Shown here piece after piece: positions 21,932-35,002 of a stretch of 64,000 bases of DNA. Location of the stretch: the NCBI GenBank assembly GCA_964106915.2, contig OZ066928.1; one strand, written 5' to 3'. The notes under the pieces were generated by a model, which saw only the letters and a list, made by a program, of their open reading frames with translations, was not told where the DNA came from and searched no databases. The position numbers and the translations under genes are program-made. The number at the start of each line of letters is the position of its first letter. Within the stretch, counting starts at the first letter, position 1. The DNA comes from Podarcis gaigeae (lineage: Eukaryota).

Positions 21932-22088
21932 GGAAGGGCAATAGCTTGGCAGTAGGGCATCTGCCTTGCATGCAGAAGGTTTGGGCATGTCCAGGCAGAG
22001 ATGGGAGAGATACATGCCTGGAACTTGGAGAACCACTGCCAGCCAATGTAGGCAGTCTAGATGGACCAATAGTCTGATTTGGTGTAAA
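21932..22088 (+). mobile_element. tRNA-derived SINE (Squam3-like), degenerate
   Basis: tRNA-Ala-like head TAGCT..GCAGTAGGGCATCTGC.TTGCATGCAGAAGGT and body CTAGATGGACCA, shared with other copies in the window. Confidence 0.7.
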
Positions 22089-22922
22089 GTTGGGTTTTTT
22101 CCTGTTACTGTGTTTTATCTCACACTCTACAGAGAGAGAGAGATTATCTACATGGGGGGGGGGGGGAAGGTTATGATTATATATCTCTTTGGAGGCCTTT
22201 GTCCTAAGGCCTTGTTCCGTCTGCTCTCTGCTCACAGCCTTGAATTACTGCAGCATTCTGGGTTGTATGGCCTCTAGAATAATCACTCTTTCCCTCACTG
22301 CCAGGAAGTGCCATGGGAGAAAGGGACTTTTGTCCAGCTGTAGATGTGATGGAGTAAAGAACTTTTTTGAGGGGTTCAAAAAAATTCATGGACCACCCAG
22401 GAGTGGAATCCAGGGTGATTTGCAGAGCCCTGTTTCCCCAGTATTTTGTCTGTTTACAGATGGGGCCTCAGGATGGACCTTAGGCCCACTTGGGTCCCTA
22501 AGATCTCTGAGGCAGAGTCCCACTGCCCTACAGCCATTTGGCCTTGTCTGACTCAGAATTACTGTTGGAAATATCTGGGGTTTGGGATCACCACCACCAC
22601 CACCACCACCCACCACCATTATTTGTACTCCACTCATTTGTCTGGGTTTCCCCAGCCACTCAAAGTAGTTTCCAACAAATATAAAACCTTTCTTCTCCTT
22701 GTGACCAAGAATGATCAGATTTGTTTCTTTTCATCTCTATACAGAGGGCAGGCCCATTATTATTGTTATTATATATTCATTTATACCCCATGTAAAAATG
22801 ATACACAGAAAATAACATTGTGAGGGAGAACCTTGTTTCTTTAGGGCTAGCTATTTGTGTACAATGAGCTGTTGTTTCCCCATCCTGGAAGTGTTCAGAC
22901 ATGCAACCCCTCGCCTTCACCG

Positions 22923-23233
22923 CAGGGGCAGAGGAAAGGGGGTGCGGTGGGGGCTGGCCACCCCGGGTGCCACCATAGAAGGGGGTAACAAAATGCTGGG
23001 TGGTGCTCACCACGGGGCCTGCAGCACGCCCGAGTCACACTTCTCTCCTGGGAGAGACGCGGTGGCTTGGGTATGCGCAGGCTCCGCGCTGCCCAAACAG
23101 TCTGCCCGCTGCCTTCCCCCCAGCTGTAGGGCGGCTGAGTGGAAGGAAGCAGGCAGACTCCAGAGGCCGTATGGTGCACCCTGCCCCTGGGTGCACCGTC
23201 CCAGGCACCGGAGTAGCTTCCTCTATTGTTGCT
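22923..23233. mobile_element. GC-rich non-autonomous DNA transposon (hAT-like), tentative
   Basis: Abrupt GC/CpG-rich block beginning CAGGGGCAGAGGAA in an AT-rich background. The right TIR is degenerate and no TSD was confirmed. Confidence 0.4.
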
Positions 23234-25119
23234 GCCCCATACACTCCAGGAAAAACATTGCTACCTGTTTCTACTTATTTGTACTTATCAGTCGCGCCCT
23301 CAGACTTTTGTCAACTAGGTGCGATACTTTTAAGTCTTGTAACATTCAAAGGAAGCGCTTGCTTAGGCTGCAGGTTCTGTAGTCCAGGTCCAGCTTCCGG
23401 TACGGTAATCCCAAGATTGCTACAGCAATGGTAGCATTCGTGATGCTGCCTGTTTAGAGCTGGTTGTTATAACGTGACCTGGGGGAACCTCGTGGTTCCC
23501 CTGGCAACTGCTTGCACTTCCACAGGAAAGCCGCCTGACAGTTGGAAAACTCGTTGTGGACTATTTTTACTCCTCAAAGCACTAGGAAGAAAAACGACAG
23601 TTCAGGGCTGACCTGAGGATTTGAGTCTGGTTCCTTTAGTGCAGACAGATCTATGAAATGATGCAGTAAGACAGCAGACTTTTCAAATCCCTCCTGCCCC
23701 GCCCCCTTTAGCTGTAGGGGTGTGTCTGATTAATATTTGCCCTTACAAAAGCAAATATGGAATCTGGGGGAATAAATCCTGCTAACAGTATGCCCCCAAA
23801 GATGTGTCACTTGTGTAGCTATTTACTACTGCAGGCAAAACAAATAGCATCACAAGCGTTTGAATAGGGGCACTCAAAAAATGAGCATCAGATGCCTGCA
23901 AAAATGCTCTAAATGAGGAGGGGGTGTCCTGTTGTGCAGCCTGCATTTCTCAGTCTTGCAAGTGCCTGGCACTGCTGCTGCTGCCTCCCTCTTCTTCTTC
24001 TCCAAAGACCCAGTGACCTGTTATAGCAGCACACACTATAACATCATAGGAATTTGTATCCCAGCCTTCCTCCTAGGGAAGCTCAGGGTGGCAAACAGAT
24101 ATACAATTTGAAAAAAAAATCAAAGCAAAGGACATTCTAAATCAGATTTAACATTCTAAAAAAAAGGAAAAAAAAGCTTAGGGGTACTTTCATTTTCCTA
24201 CTCATTGAAATACTGCCCCTCAATGTGACCAAACTTAGATTCACAAAATGTTTAGGGATATGCATCCCCCTGCATTCCCTGGGAAAAAAGCACTGCTAAA
24301 AACAACTGTAATCATAAAACCTCAGAAAGCAGCTACTGTTAAAAACATTCTAAAAACAATTGACAATTAAAAATATTCCTCCATCCAATTATTTCAAGGT
24401 GCCCTAAACAATATTCTTCAGTCACCAAATGTTTTGGGTAAAGAGGGATGTTTTCAATTTCCCTTTAAAGTTAATCATGATAGAGGCAGGTGCATGTCAC
24501 TAGGGAGGGCATTCCACAGCCAGGGAACCAGTGCTGAAGACAATCCTAGTATCATAGATAAGTACCATAGATACAGGCCCTGGGGAGGCATATTCCCACA
24601 GTGGCACAGAAACACTTTCTGAAGCACTCACTCTCACTTCTGCCCCTGTTGCTTCCCTGGCCCCCAGCTAAGTTTGAGTTAGGGAAGAGGGAAGTGGCAC
24701 TGGTAGGCAGCAATGGCTGCCCTGATGACTCCCAAGAAGAGAGGAGAGGAGGCTGAGGGAATACTCCACAAGGCAGGATGTTCGAAAAAAGTGTGAGAGG
24801 CTGTCTGCTCTGCAGGCAAGGGGTGACTTAACTGGGCTCCTGAGCCCCACAGGAGTACCACAGAAAGAATGTAGCTGATCAAGGGAGCCGCGGACCAAAA
24901 AAGGTTGGAAACCTCTGCACTAAGATTTCAGACTCAAATCACAGCATTCCCATAAAGCTCACACTGTCACCTTGAGCCTTTTGCAGCCTCTCAGTATAAC
25001 CTACATTACAGGATTGTTGTGAGGAAAAAATGTGTGAAGGGATCATGTACAGATCTCCAACAGATAAATGAAGTGAAATAAATTTTAAAATAGATAATTA
25101 AAATATATATCTCTTAAAT

Positions 25120-26048
25120 TTGTTGTTGTTTAGTCGTTTAGTCGTGTCCGACTCTTCGTGACCCCATGAACCAGAGCACGCCAGGCACTTCTGTCTTCCA
25201 CTGCCTCCCGCAGTTTGGTCAGACTCATGCTGGTAGCTTCGATAACACTGTCCAACCATCTCGTCCTCTGTCGTCCCCTTCTCCTTGTGCCCTCCATCTT
25301 TCCCAACATCAGGGTCTTTTCCAGGGAGTCTTCTCTTCTCTTGAGGTGGCCAAAGTATTGGAGCCTCAGCTTCACGATCTGTCCTTTCAGTAAGCACTCA
25401 AGGCTGATTTCCTTAAGAATGGATAGGTTTGATCTTCTTTCAGTCCATGGGACTCTCAAGAGTCTCCTCCAGCACCATAATTCAAAAGCATCAATTCTTC
25501 GGTGATCAGCCTTCTTTATGGTCCAGCTCTCACTTCCATACATTACTACTGGGAAAACCATAGCTTTTATTATACGGACCTTTGTTGGCAAGGTGATGTC
25601 TCTACTTTTTAAGATGCTGTCTAGGTTTGTCATTGCTTTTCTCCCAAGAAGCAGGCGTCTTTTAATTTCATGGCTGCTGTCACCATCTGCAGTGATCATG
25701 GAGTCCAAGAAAGTAAAATCTCTCACTGCCTCCATTTCTTCCCCTTCTATTTGCCAGGAGGTGATGGGACCAGTGGCCATGATCTTTGTTTTTTTGATGT
25801 TGAGTTTCAGGCCATATTTTGCGCTCTCCTCTTTCACCCTCAATAAAAGTTTCTTTAATTCCTCCTCACTTTCTGCCATCAAGGTTGTGCCATCTGCATA
25901 TCTGAGGTTGTTGATATTTCTTCCGGCAATCTTAATTCCGGCTAGGGATTCATCCAGCCCAGCCTTTCACATGATGACTTCTGCATATAAGTTAAATAAG
26001 CAGGGAGACAATATACAGCCTTGTCGTACTCCTTTCCCAATTTTGAAC
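25120..26048 (-). mobile_element. Bov-B LINE, 5'-truncated (~930 bp)
   Basis: Open 250-aa minus ORF (AESEEELKKLLLRVKEES...VFPVVMYGSESWTIKKA...RIDAFELWCWRRLLRVPWT...VHGVTKSRTRLND). RT motif 5 (NNLRYADG) lies just upstream, and there is a (CAA)n tail. Confidence 0.97.
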
Positions 26049-26179
26049 TTTTAAATAGATACAGTTTTTTAAAAAACACATTATTATTTTACAATATATA
26101 GTTCAAAACAAGCCTTTCATTGTTACTCGCATTGCATGCCTATCAACACACAGAGGAAAGTTGCCTCCAATGCCCAATT

Positions 26180-26315
26180 CAGGCATAGGCAAACTCGGCC
26201 CTCCAGAAGTTTCGGGACTACAATTCCAATCATCCCTGACCACTGGTCCTGTTAGCTAGGGATCATGGGAGTTGTAGGCCAAAAACATCAGGAGGGCTGA
26301 GTTTGCCTATGCCTG
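26180..26315. mobile_element. hAT-type MITE (136 bp)
   Basis: TIR CAGGCATAGGCAAACTC / GAGTTTGCCTATGCCTG; 8-bp TSD GCCCAATT at 26172-26179 and 26316-26323. Confidence 0.92.
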
Positions 26316-29300
26316 GCCCAATTGGTTAATTTTACAGAAACTCAGAGAAGGCAGCCAAATCTGCAATCCTAGGCACACTCACCTGTGAGTTATGCATCCC
26401 TATAGCCACTTTCCCAGGCCCATTAGCCACAAATGGCTGCATGCAACACCCTTTCCTATGCTCGTTAAAGCCACATGAGGAACTTGGGCAAATTGCAAAG
26501 GTGCTTCTTCCAACCTTGTTGCATGGGGCATGCTCCATATGCTTCTTGTTAACAACTAATCACATCCTCCTGCTAAGCTCTTGGTCTTACAGCTATTTCT
26601 TTCATCATTCATTCATTCATTCATTCATTTTATAGCTCTTTTTCTCCAGTCCCACTTCAGATGGTGTTTTTTTGGAAGGCAAGTGCTAAACATAGTTCAC
26701 TGATTTGGACCCCATGGCAGAATATGGTTTAGAGCTCTCTCATAATTCTAGAACTTGTGCTCATCCAGTGAAACTGACTGGGACAAAATGAAGTAGTTCT
26801 TCACATATGGCATAGCTACAACTATTAACTTTGCAAACCAGAAGATTTCATGATAGCCCCCAACATAGAGACACTATGCCTCTGAATGCTGCCTGTTGAG
26901 AAATGTGAGTGGGAAAGGACTGTTGTGCTTATGTCCAGCTAGTGTCCTTTCCAGAATCATCTGGCTGGCCACTATGAGAATAGTACACTAGACTAGAAGA
27001 GCATTGGTTCTGATCCAGCAGAGCTTGTTTTGTAAGAGAGAAGCCACCTGCAAGAGGGGAAGTGGGAACATGTGAGATACAGTTTTGAGAAGCTTTGGGC
27101 AGCTTCCTGCTCTCCAAATGTTTTGAACTACAACTCCCTATTGTACCAAGTCTGCATACCAAACTTCTGTTCAGTCAGAAGCTTAGCCTTACTGGGAAGA
27201 TCACAAGAAAACAATCTGCAGACCTTAGCATCAGCACTTGCCTTATCAGGGTCTCAAGGCCAACCCTGACCAGTGTGCTAATTGTTAATGCATTCCTCAA
27301 TTCGAAAGTCAAGTGGGCGTCACCAGCTGGGAGTTTTAAAAAGTTAGCAGCGCCTTCTGATTAGCTACCAGTTACATGGTACAGCTAACACCACAGCTGT
27401 GCCCGCTCTTGCCGCATTTTTCTTACTTTCTGTCCTGATCATCTCCTTGAGCAACATCTCTCTGAGGGGCCAAGGTATGCCAGTAATAAGTTATGCTGTT
27501 TAAGTTTTTTATTTTATTCATATTTGGTAACAGGCTCATGCTATACTGCTAAATTATTTAATCTAATTATCTAATTATTATATTTAGAATCTAATTGTTA
27601 TTTATAAATGTATGTTCTACAAGTTGGTGTGGTTATTTGGGTAGTTTTTGTCTAAAATGTTTGAAGGGCACCAGGTTGGCAGGTATTGCTTTGGAAGATT
27701 GTCTGAGTTGTCTTGAGTCAGTGTTGGTAGACTTTTCTGAACTGGAACTTTGCTTAAGCCTTAGGAGAAAATGAGCCTAATTTCTATTCCGATAGATAAT
27801 AATTGATTTTGCTGCCTTGCAGTCTGGGAGCAGTTAGTGTGTACTGTTTCTCCCCATTTCTTCATTGGTATGCATTGAGCCTTGCTATCGTTACCTGCTC
27901 CTGGTTCATAAGACCTCTATTCTTGAACATACTGAATTTTGCTGGGCTTTCCTTTTTGGAACTTGGTAGCATTGCAAGTTATGAAGTAGAAAGAGTGCGG
28001 CATTGCTTGTGTATGTAAGTCAGTGAGAAACAGTCTTGAAACTGGACGCTGGGAATAGAGACCTTGATGTTCGGTAATCTCAGAAGCGCAATTTGTTAGA
28101 TTTAATGCAGCAACCATGAAGAAGCAACTGAACCTCTGCCATTATGATCAGGGTTTACTCTTCCTAGCTCCAGCTGCAGCTTTTATTGTGTCCTTTCTGA
28201 GAAAACAACTTCAAATTGCAGGGCTTTGTAGCTTCACTAAAAGCACTGTCCCCATTTACCCTCTGCAGCTCCCGTTTCTAAAACAAGCAGGTTCTTATGG
28301 AGTTAACATTGCTTTTAGAAATAAAATTAAAATAAAGCAAGTGCCTGTTGCATAATACTATCTGTTGTTTCCTTGCCACCCCCAAAATCACATTTTTTTA
28401 TACCTTCTAAAATGTACCGTAATTGGTGGCACCTTTTCTTCCAGATTTCAAAATAGTTAATGCAAACTTTCCGTGGGAGTGTGTGTGTTAAACCTTGAGA
28501 AGCCTGCCACCATCAGTCCTGGGGAAGAAGCATTGCATTTGAATTTAAAATGGGGGTTTAAAATTGTTGTTTAGGCTGCATTCTCTCGAGGTCATCTGTA
28601 ACGGCTGTATGTTGGCACTGGGTAAATGGTTACCATTTCACTCATTCTGTTACCCTTTTGTGTCTCTTTCTCCCCTTTACCTGATACTGTATAGGCAGCT
28701 TGGCTTGGAAGAGAGCTTTTTTTAAGAGAACAAAAACACACACACTTTCATCTCTTTACTTTATACCTGGCCATGCTCAGTTGTTTTCCTTCCATCCTTT
28801 TTTTCCACACACCCACCCCTTTGAATTGTTGGACTTTGGAAGAGAGTTTTAAAAGGGAAATGGAAAATGAGATCAATGTGAGAATAATGTCCACTGCAAG
28901 GCAACTCCATATATTGTGCATCCAGATATTGTCCTTTACACTAGCTTGTGGAAAATGTGACTTCTGTTTCTCCAAAGCAATTATCGATAGGTTTGGAAGT
29001 GTATGGGGTTTTCTGTGTTTTCATTTTAAACAATGACTCTGATCTAAATCAATAGGCAAGGGCCGTAGCAGCCTCCTGTCTTCCTATAAATTTGTGCGCA
29101 CAATTTCTCTGCCTTAAAAATGAGTTCCAAATAGCTGTTGTCTCACTGAGCTTTGGAAGTTTGTATTAATCAGCTAGTTTGCATATTGTTGCTTCATTAA
29201 CCTACTTGTTTTAAATTTTCTAAATTTCATAGAAGGTATGCTGTTAATGAAGGAATTCACCTTGTGTGTGAATTATTCCTCCTGAAAAATCACATTTTAG

Positions 29301-29426
29301 GTTAGCAGCTAAACACCGACTTTAAAAAAGAGAGGATACTCAGGTGGTATGTGTGTTAACCCAGAAAGGCATTTTAAATAAATAGTTTGGAAATTACAAA
29401 TATTAAAGCTTTTACTGTATTGCATT

Positions 29427-30272
29427 GTGTTGTTTAGTTGCTTAGTCGTGTCCGACTCTTCGTGACGCCAGGCACTTCTGTCCTCCACTGCCTCCCGCAG
29501 TTTGGTCAAACTCATGATGGTAGCTTCGAGAACACCATCCAACCATCTCGTCTTCTGTTGTCCCCTTCTCCTTGTGCCCTCCATCTTTCCCAACATCAGG
29601 GTCTTTTCCAGGGAGTTTTCTCATGAAGTGGCCAAAGTATTGGAGTCTCAGCTTCAGGATCTGTCCTTCCAGTGAGCACTCAGGGCTGATTTCCTTAAGA
29701 ATGGATAGGTTTGGTCTTCTTGCAGTCCATGGGACTCTCAAGAGTCTCCTCCAGCAGCATAATTCAAAAGCATCAATTCTTCGGCGATCAGCCTTCTTTA
29801 TGGTCCAGCTCTCACTTCCATACATTACTACTGGGAAAACCATAGCTTTTACTATACGGATCTCTGTTGGCAAGGTGATGTATCTACTTTTTAAGATGCT
29901 GTCTAGGTTTGTCATTGCTTTTCTCCGAAGAAGCAGGCATCTTTTAATTTCGTGGCTGCTGTCACCATCTGCAGTGATCATGGAGCCCAAGAAAGTAAAA
30001 TCTCTCACTGCCTCCATTTCTTCCCCTTCTATTTGCCAGGAGGTGATGGGACCAGTGGCCATGATCTTCGTTTTTTTGATGTTGAGCTTCAGACTATTTT
30101 CACCATAAAAAAAACGAAGATCATGGCCACTGGTCCCATCACCTCCTGGCAAATAGAAGGGGAAGAAATGGAGGCAGTGAGAGATTTTACTTTCTTGGGC
30201 TCCATGATCACTGCAGATGGTGACAGCAGCCACGAAATTAAAAGACGCCTGCTTCTTCGGAGAAAAGCAATG
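29427..30272 (-). mobile_element. Bov-B LINE, 5'-truncated, with a terminal fold-back inverted duplication
   Basis: 29427-30100 is minus-strand Bov-B 3' sequence with small deletions. 30101-30272 is the reverse complement of 29913-30084. Confidence 0.95.
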
Positions 30273-33200
30273 GTCCTCAAGAAAGGTTGGAAATAGAGGA
30301 TAGAGATATTCTGCTGTTTCCTCTATACAATTTATAGCCTATACAATTAAATTAAGTTCTACTCAGTGAAGACCCAATGAAAATAATGAATCAACTTCAT
30401 TGTGTCTACTCTGAGTAGGACTAACATTGAATGCCTGTTGGTAAAGGAACCAAGTCATCAAAGCATCTGCACTAATAAAGTAATTATAATGAACAAATTG
30501 CTTTTTGGGTGGGGTGGTGTTTGGGGAGCAGCAGAGAGATAATGGTTTGCCAAAGGAGAGGTTTAGTGCTGCTGATGGAAGAGATTATACAAGGTGTTTG
30601 TGACATCCTTGATGTGCTAAGCTGGAAGTAGATATTTCTGGTCCATAATGAAATTTATAGAGGTCCCCCTCCCCGCCCTGCAATTGTGCATTATGTTATT
30701 ACCATGCCCTTTCCCCAGTGTTGCTGCTAGACAAATAACTGTTACTTTAGCACTTCTGTGCCAGCTGTTGAAATTTCTGTGTGTTTACTTTTTTTTAAAG
30801 AATGCTTTAAAGGCAGAAGCAAATTAGTAGGCAGTAGCTTTTAATGTATTTTAATAGAGTGTTTGTCTGCAGAGTGGAAAGACTGAAAACCTCTCTCTCC
30901 TACCCCAATCCTTTTGAGAAAGAAGCTGGAATAAAAATCCTACAGGGTCTCCCTCTCTCCCTCTCACACATGCATGCAGTGCTTGCTGAAAGGCATTGAT
31001 GCTGCACTGAAAGGCTTTCAAAAGGTATGTGCACTGATTTGTCAGAAAAGATGATAGCTCAACATTAGGTAGTTTGGTCACATATGTTATGTCGGGCAGC
31101 AGTTTGATCAGTTGAAGCCCATGTTGTAACACAAGACAAAATACATTGGTAAAGCTTGCTTTCTTAGTGCGGAGCAGCGAAAAGACTCCCTGAAATCTAA
31201 TGCAAACATCTATTAATGCCAATGATGTCCTCATGCAGTGACATGTAGCATGCTTGAGTAGAAGCAGCCTGCTTTCCACACCCTTCTGCACGCTCCTGCT
31301 CTCACTGGAAGACATAGTGGGACGGGAGGAAGTTCCCCAAAGAAGAATTTATCCACCCAGCCCTGCATTCAGTTAGCAGTTATTTTGCCTCTGAGTGCTG
31401 CATTACAGCTGCGCCTGCTCTCCGAGGCATTGGGAAATATGCACAGTGGAAATGACTTGTAAATAGAGCAGCACAGAGGGTTAATGGGAGTACACAGCAT
31501 AGGAGTGCAAAAGGTGTTCATAAAGCCGTGTCTGTCTGTGTTTGTGCGCAGAAATCCTCTCCGGGATTGTTAATTAGGGCACCTGGTGTAGATCCTCATT
31601 TTTGGAGTGTGGGAGCCAGCTTTATCAATCGACATAGAAAGTTACACTGCAGGTTTCCTCATTTTGATTAAGATGCTTGTATAAATAATTAGGCACTTTT
31701 GGTTTATTGCTCTCTTTCTCTCTTGCTCTGTCTCCCTCCTTTAAACCTGTTTTTCATTTCCATACACAGTAAAAATTAGCAAATGCATTTTATTTTGAGG
31801 AGGTAGCACCCCCCCCTTCTAACAATAAACAAGCACTTGCTGCTTTATAATGCACAATTGCCATTTATGTTTCTTCTGTTTCTCCCACCAATAAGTCCAA
31901 TGGGCTAAATAATTGGGATTTCAAGAGCTGCCTTTTCATATTTTGGTTTCCACAATCGGCGAATCAGGAATTCAGGACCCCCTCTATACAGGAACAAAAC
32001 ATCCCCAAATCTTTCTCTCACACACCCCTTTTAAATATAGCAACCCTAGGTAAGGTGCTAGGTTTCTTTTTTCTTCCTTTCCATTTTTAAGCTAAGAGGG
32101 CTGCATTTAAACTGGAGCTCAGCTTTGTATCCCACTATCTGAATAGATCTCTCAAACATTACATCTGTACTTGAACTACTCCTCCGTAAAACAAAAGTGA
32201 TGCCTTGAACTCCCCAGGTTATTGAGGAAATAAAACACATTCAGAACTAAGAAGTGTTTTCATGGGCTGCAGAGAGGGTTGCATGTATTTCTTGTGGCCA
32301 TTCTCACACCGCACACAGAATTTAGTGTCTGGCTCGTTAAATGGCGCTGTGAGAAATTCAGCTTTGCAAATTCTGATTTATTTCCAAAGATAGCAGCTGT
32401 CCAAAGCTGCTGGAAGAACTGGGAAGTCTGAATCTCCCTCCTTGACTGCCCTGTGTGGTGAGGCATTATACCTGCCTGCAAGCTGGAACATCTCCCTGGA
32501 TAGTGGAAGGGTTTCCAGGTGTTGGAGTGACTACGTCCATCCAGGTCAGCCATTGGCTCTCCTTAACAGGAAGGACTACAAGGGCCTCCTGCTCAGACTG
32601 GAACTTTGCCGAGGCAGCAGTGGCCTTTCTGAGTAGCCCTCTGTCTGTTCTCTGCCTTAACTGCCTTTGCACTGACCCCTGAGACCCTTACGTGCTTCAT
32701 GCTGCCATTTAAAGACACCAGAAGAGCCCTGTTGAGTCAGACTAAACCCTATCTAGTTAGTTCCCACAGTGGTCAACCAAAGGTCCATGGGAATCCCCCA
32801 GCAAGGCCCTAAGTACAATGGTACCCCCCCTTTCATAGACTCATAGAATTGTAGAGCTGGAAGGGACCCCGAAGGGTCAGCTAGTCCAACCCCTGCAATG
32901 ATGGCTGATTATGGTGGAATCCAGACACACAAAAAAGCTATGAAAATTTGCCATAAGCTCACCATACCATCTAGTGTCACATTTGTATAATGCATTTAAA
33001 ACATCATATGCAGTCCTCTGCTTTCTCTCTTCATGCTAATGGGAACTGCAAAGTGAGCATGTGTTTAATTTGTGTATGATAGAATTCAGAATTTTGGGAG
33101 GGTATGAAATGCAGGATATGTAGATTCCTGAGAGCAGATCTTGTGTATATGTCAGAACTGTGTCTTTAACCCACAGTGTCTGTGCATGCCAGCTTCCCAT

Positions 33201-33460
33201 GCTCTGACATCAGGCTTCAGTTCACAACCTTAAGTGCATTGTTTATTTATAAAAGTATTTCTATACCACCTTATCCTGCTGCTATAAGGCTGCTATGCTG
33301 TAGTTCGCGTGTCTGCCAATAGGTGGCCACAGCAACTCCAGGGTGATGACAGAGCAGGCAGGTGAGCAAGTCAGCAGCACAGGTGGCAGGTCACAACACC
33401 AGTAATGTGGAGTGTTAAAAAAGGTACCATGCCTTGATTTCACAACCTGGATCAGTCTAC

Positions 33461-34009
33461 TGTCACAGCGTGCTAGTCAGTAAATCACGCACAGTTCAAA
33501 ACTGGAATTTACTCCTCAGCAGCAAAAACAATCTCCACAGACTTGGCTGAGCGTCAGGTCTAATGAGCACAGCAGCTCATTCCCTGTGGGTCTGACTCTA
33601 TGAAATGGAGTGGGTCTGACTCCAAAACTGAAAGTCCCCACCTCCCCTTAGCTAAGTCCACTTCTTTCTAGGGCTTCTTCCAAGCAATTGGAGACTGTGC
33701 CTGCCTGCATGTCTTTCCTCCTTTTTCATCAGGACGGGGAGACACTCTTCACCAGCCTGACTCTTGGCATCCCTAATCCTACTCTTCTGCTGCAGCTTCT
33801 TGACTTCGGTCTACCACAGACTCTTCCATTAAGTCCTGTTACCTCTTCAGCTTCTCACACCTCCTCTTCCCAGCTTTCTCCCTCTGACCACTCATCACTG
33901 TCCTATCACCACTCCTTGGGCTCTGAGCCTTCTTCCCTTGAGGGTACCCCAGCTGGTTTCTCCCACTATTCCTTTGTGTCCAGCCAGTCCATGGCACCTA
34001 TTCTACACA
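33461..34009 (-). mobile_element. LTR-like fragment (Gypsy-type), tentative
   Basis: TG...CA-bounded ~550-bp block with a purine-rich minus strand. No TSD found. Confidence 0.4.
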
Positions 34010-34639
34010 AAGAGAGGGAGAACCCAACACAGGGCTGCCATTTTCAGTGGCATACTCTGTTGACCATCATGCCCATTTCTGCCCAAAGAAGGCTCACTAC
34101 TGAGGCTTTTATGTTTGATTCTCTTTGCCTGCTTTCTAACCTAAACAAATCAACACACCAAACGAGTGTTTTAAAAGTTAGAATGAGAAGACCACAGATT
34201 CTGTTATCATGGAGCTGGGGCTTTGCCTCTTTGCTTGAAGCAGTCACTAATTGCAAACTGCTTTTGTTCCACTGTGCTGATCTCTCTCATGTTGCTTCAC
34301 CCACCCAAGCCTTTGCATTTTTTGTTCTTAATCCATTCCTTCTCTTGATGTTGTTTGCAGATCTCCTGTATTCCTAGCACTGTTCCTAGGAGTGTTAGAG
34401 ACCAGCTGGGGAGAAGGGAATGCTTCTAAACAAGCCTATGAGTATTTCTTACTGAGGACTGCTTCCATGGTAAGTCGGCAAAGATGTTGCATACATTTCA
34501 CACTTGCATAGTATCTTCCTGTTGGATTTGCCGCTGTCACAGCTCTTGGAATACAAACTCTGCTCTGGGGATGCCAGATTTGCAGAGCCTGATAGTAATT
34601 TGTACCTCCAGCTCCCCCTGCTGCCCCTCTTACTTATTA

Positions 34640-35002
34640 AAAAGGTAAAGGACCCCTGACAGTTAAGTCCAGTCACTGACGACTCTGGGGTTGCGGCGCT
34701 CATCTCGCTTTACTGGCTGAGGGAGCCAACGTTTGTCCTCAGACAGTTTTTCCGGGTCATGTGGCCAGCATGACTAAGCCGCTTCTGGTGAAACCAGAGC
34801 AGCGCACGGAAACGCCGTTTACCTTCCCGGCAGAGCGGTACCTATGTATCTACTTGCACTTTGTGCTTTCGAACTGCTAGGTTGGCAGGAGCTGGGACAG
34901 AGCAACAAGAGCTCACTCCATTGTGGGGATTCGAACTGCCAACCTTCTGATTGGCAAGCCCAAGAGGCTCGGTGGTTTATACCACAGCGCCACCCGTGTC
35001 CC
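34640..35002 (-). mobile_element. Sauria SINE, full length
   Basis: Same head and tail as the other copies; B-box-like GGTTGGCAGTTCGAATCC; TSD TCTTACTTATTA at 34628-34639 and 35003-35014. Confidence 0.95.

Noticed and set aside
22855-23434. CpG-island promoter or GC-rich coding exon
   Set aside because: The block is only ~300 bp with TE-like edges, and its ORFs lack domain or splice support.
29442-30296. 263-aa and 114-aa ORFs as novel chimeric proteins
   Set aside because: They are artefacts of reading through the Bov-B fold-back palindrome.
33688-34377. 229-aa plus-strand ORF as a host gene
   Set aside because: Non-ATG start, low-complexity Ser/Leu content from a pyrimidine-rich repeat strand, and no splice or domain support.
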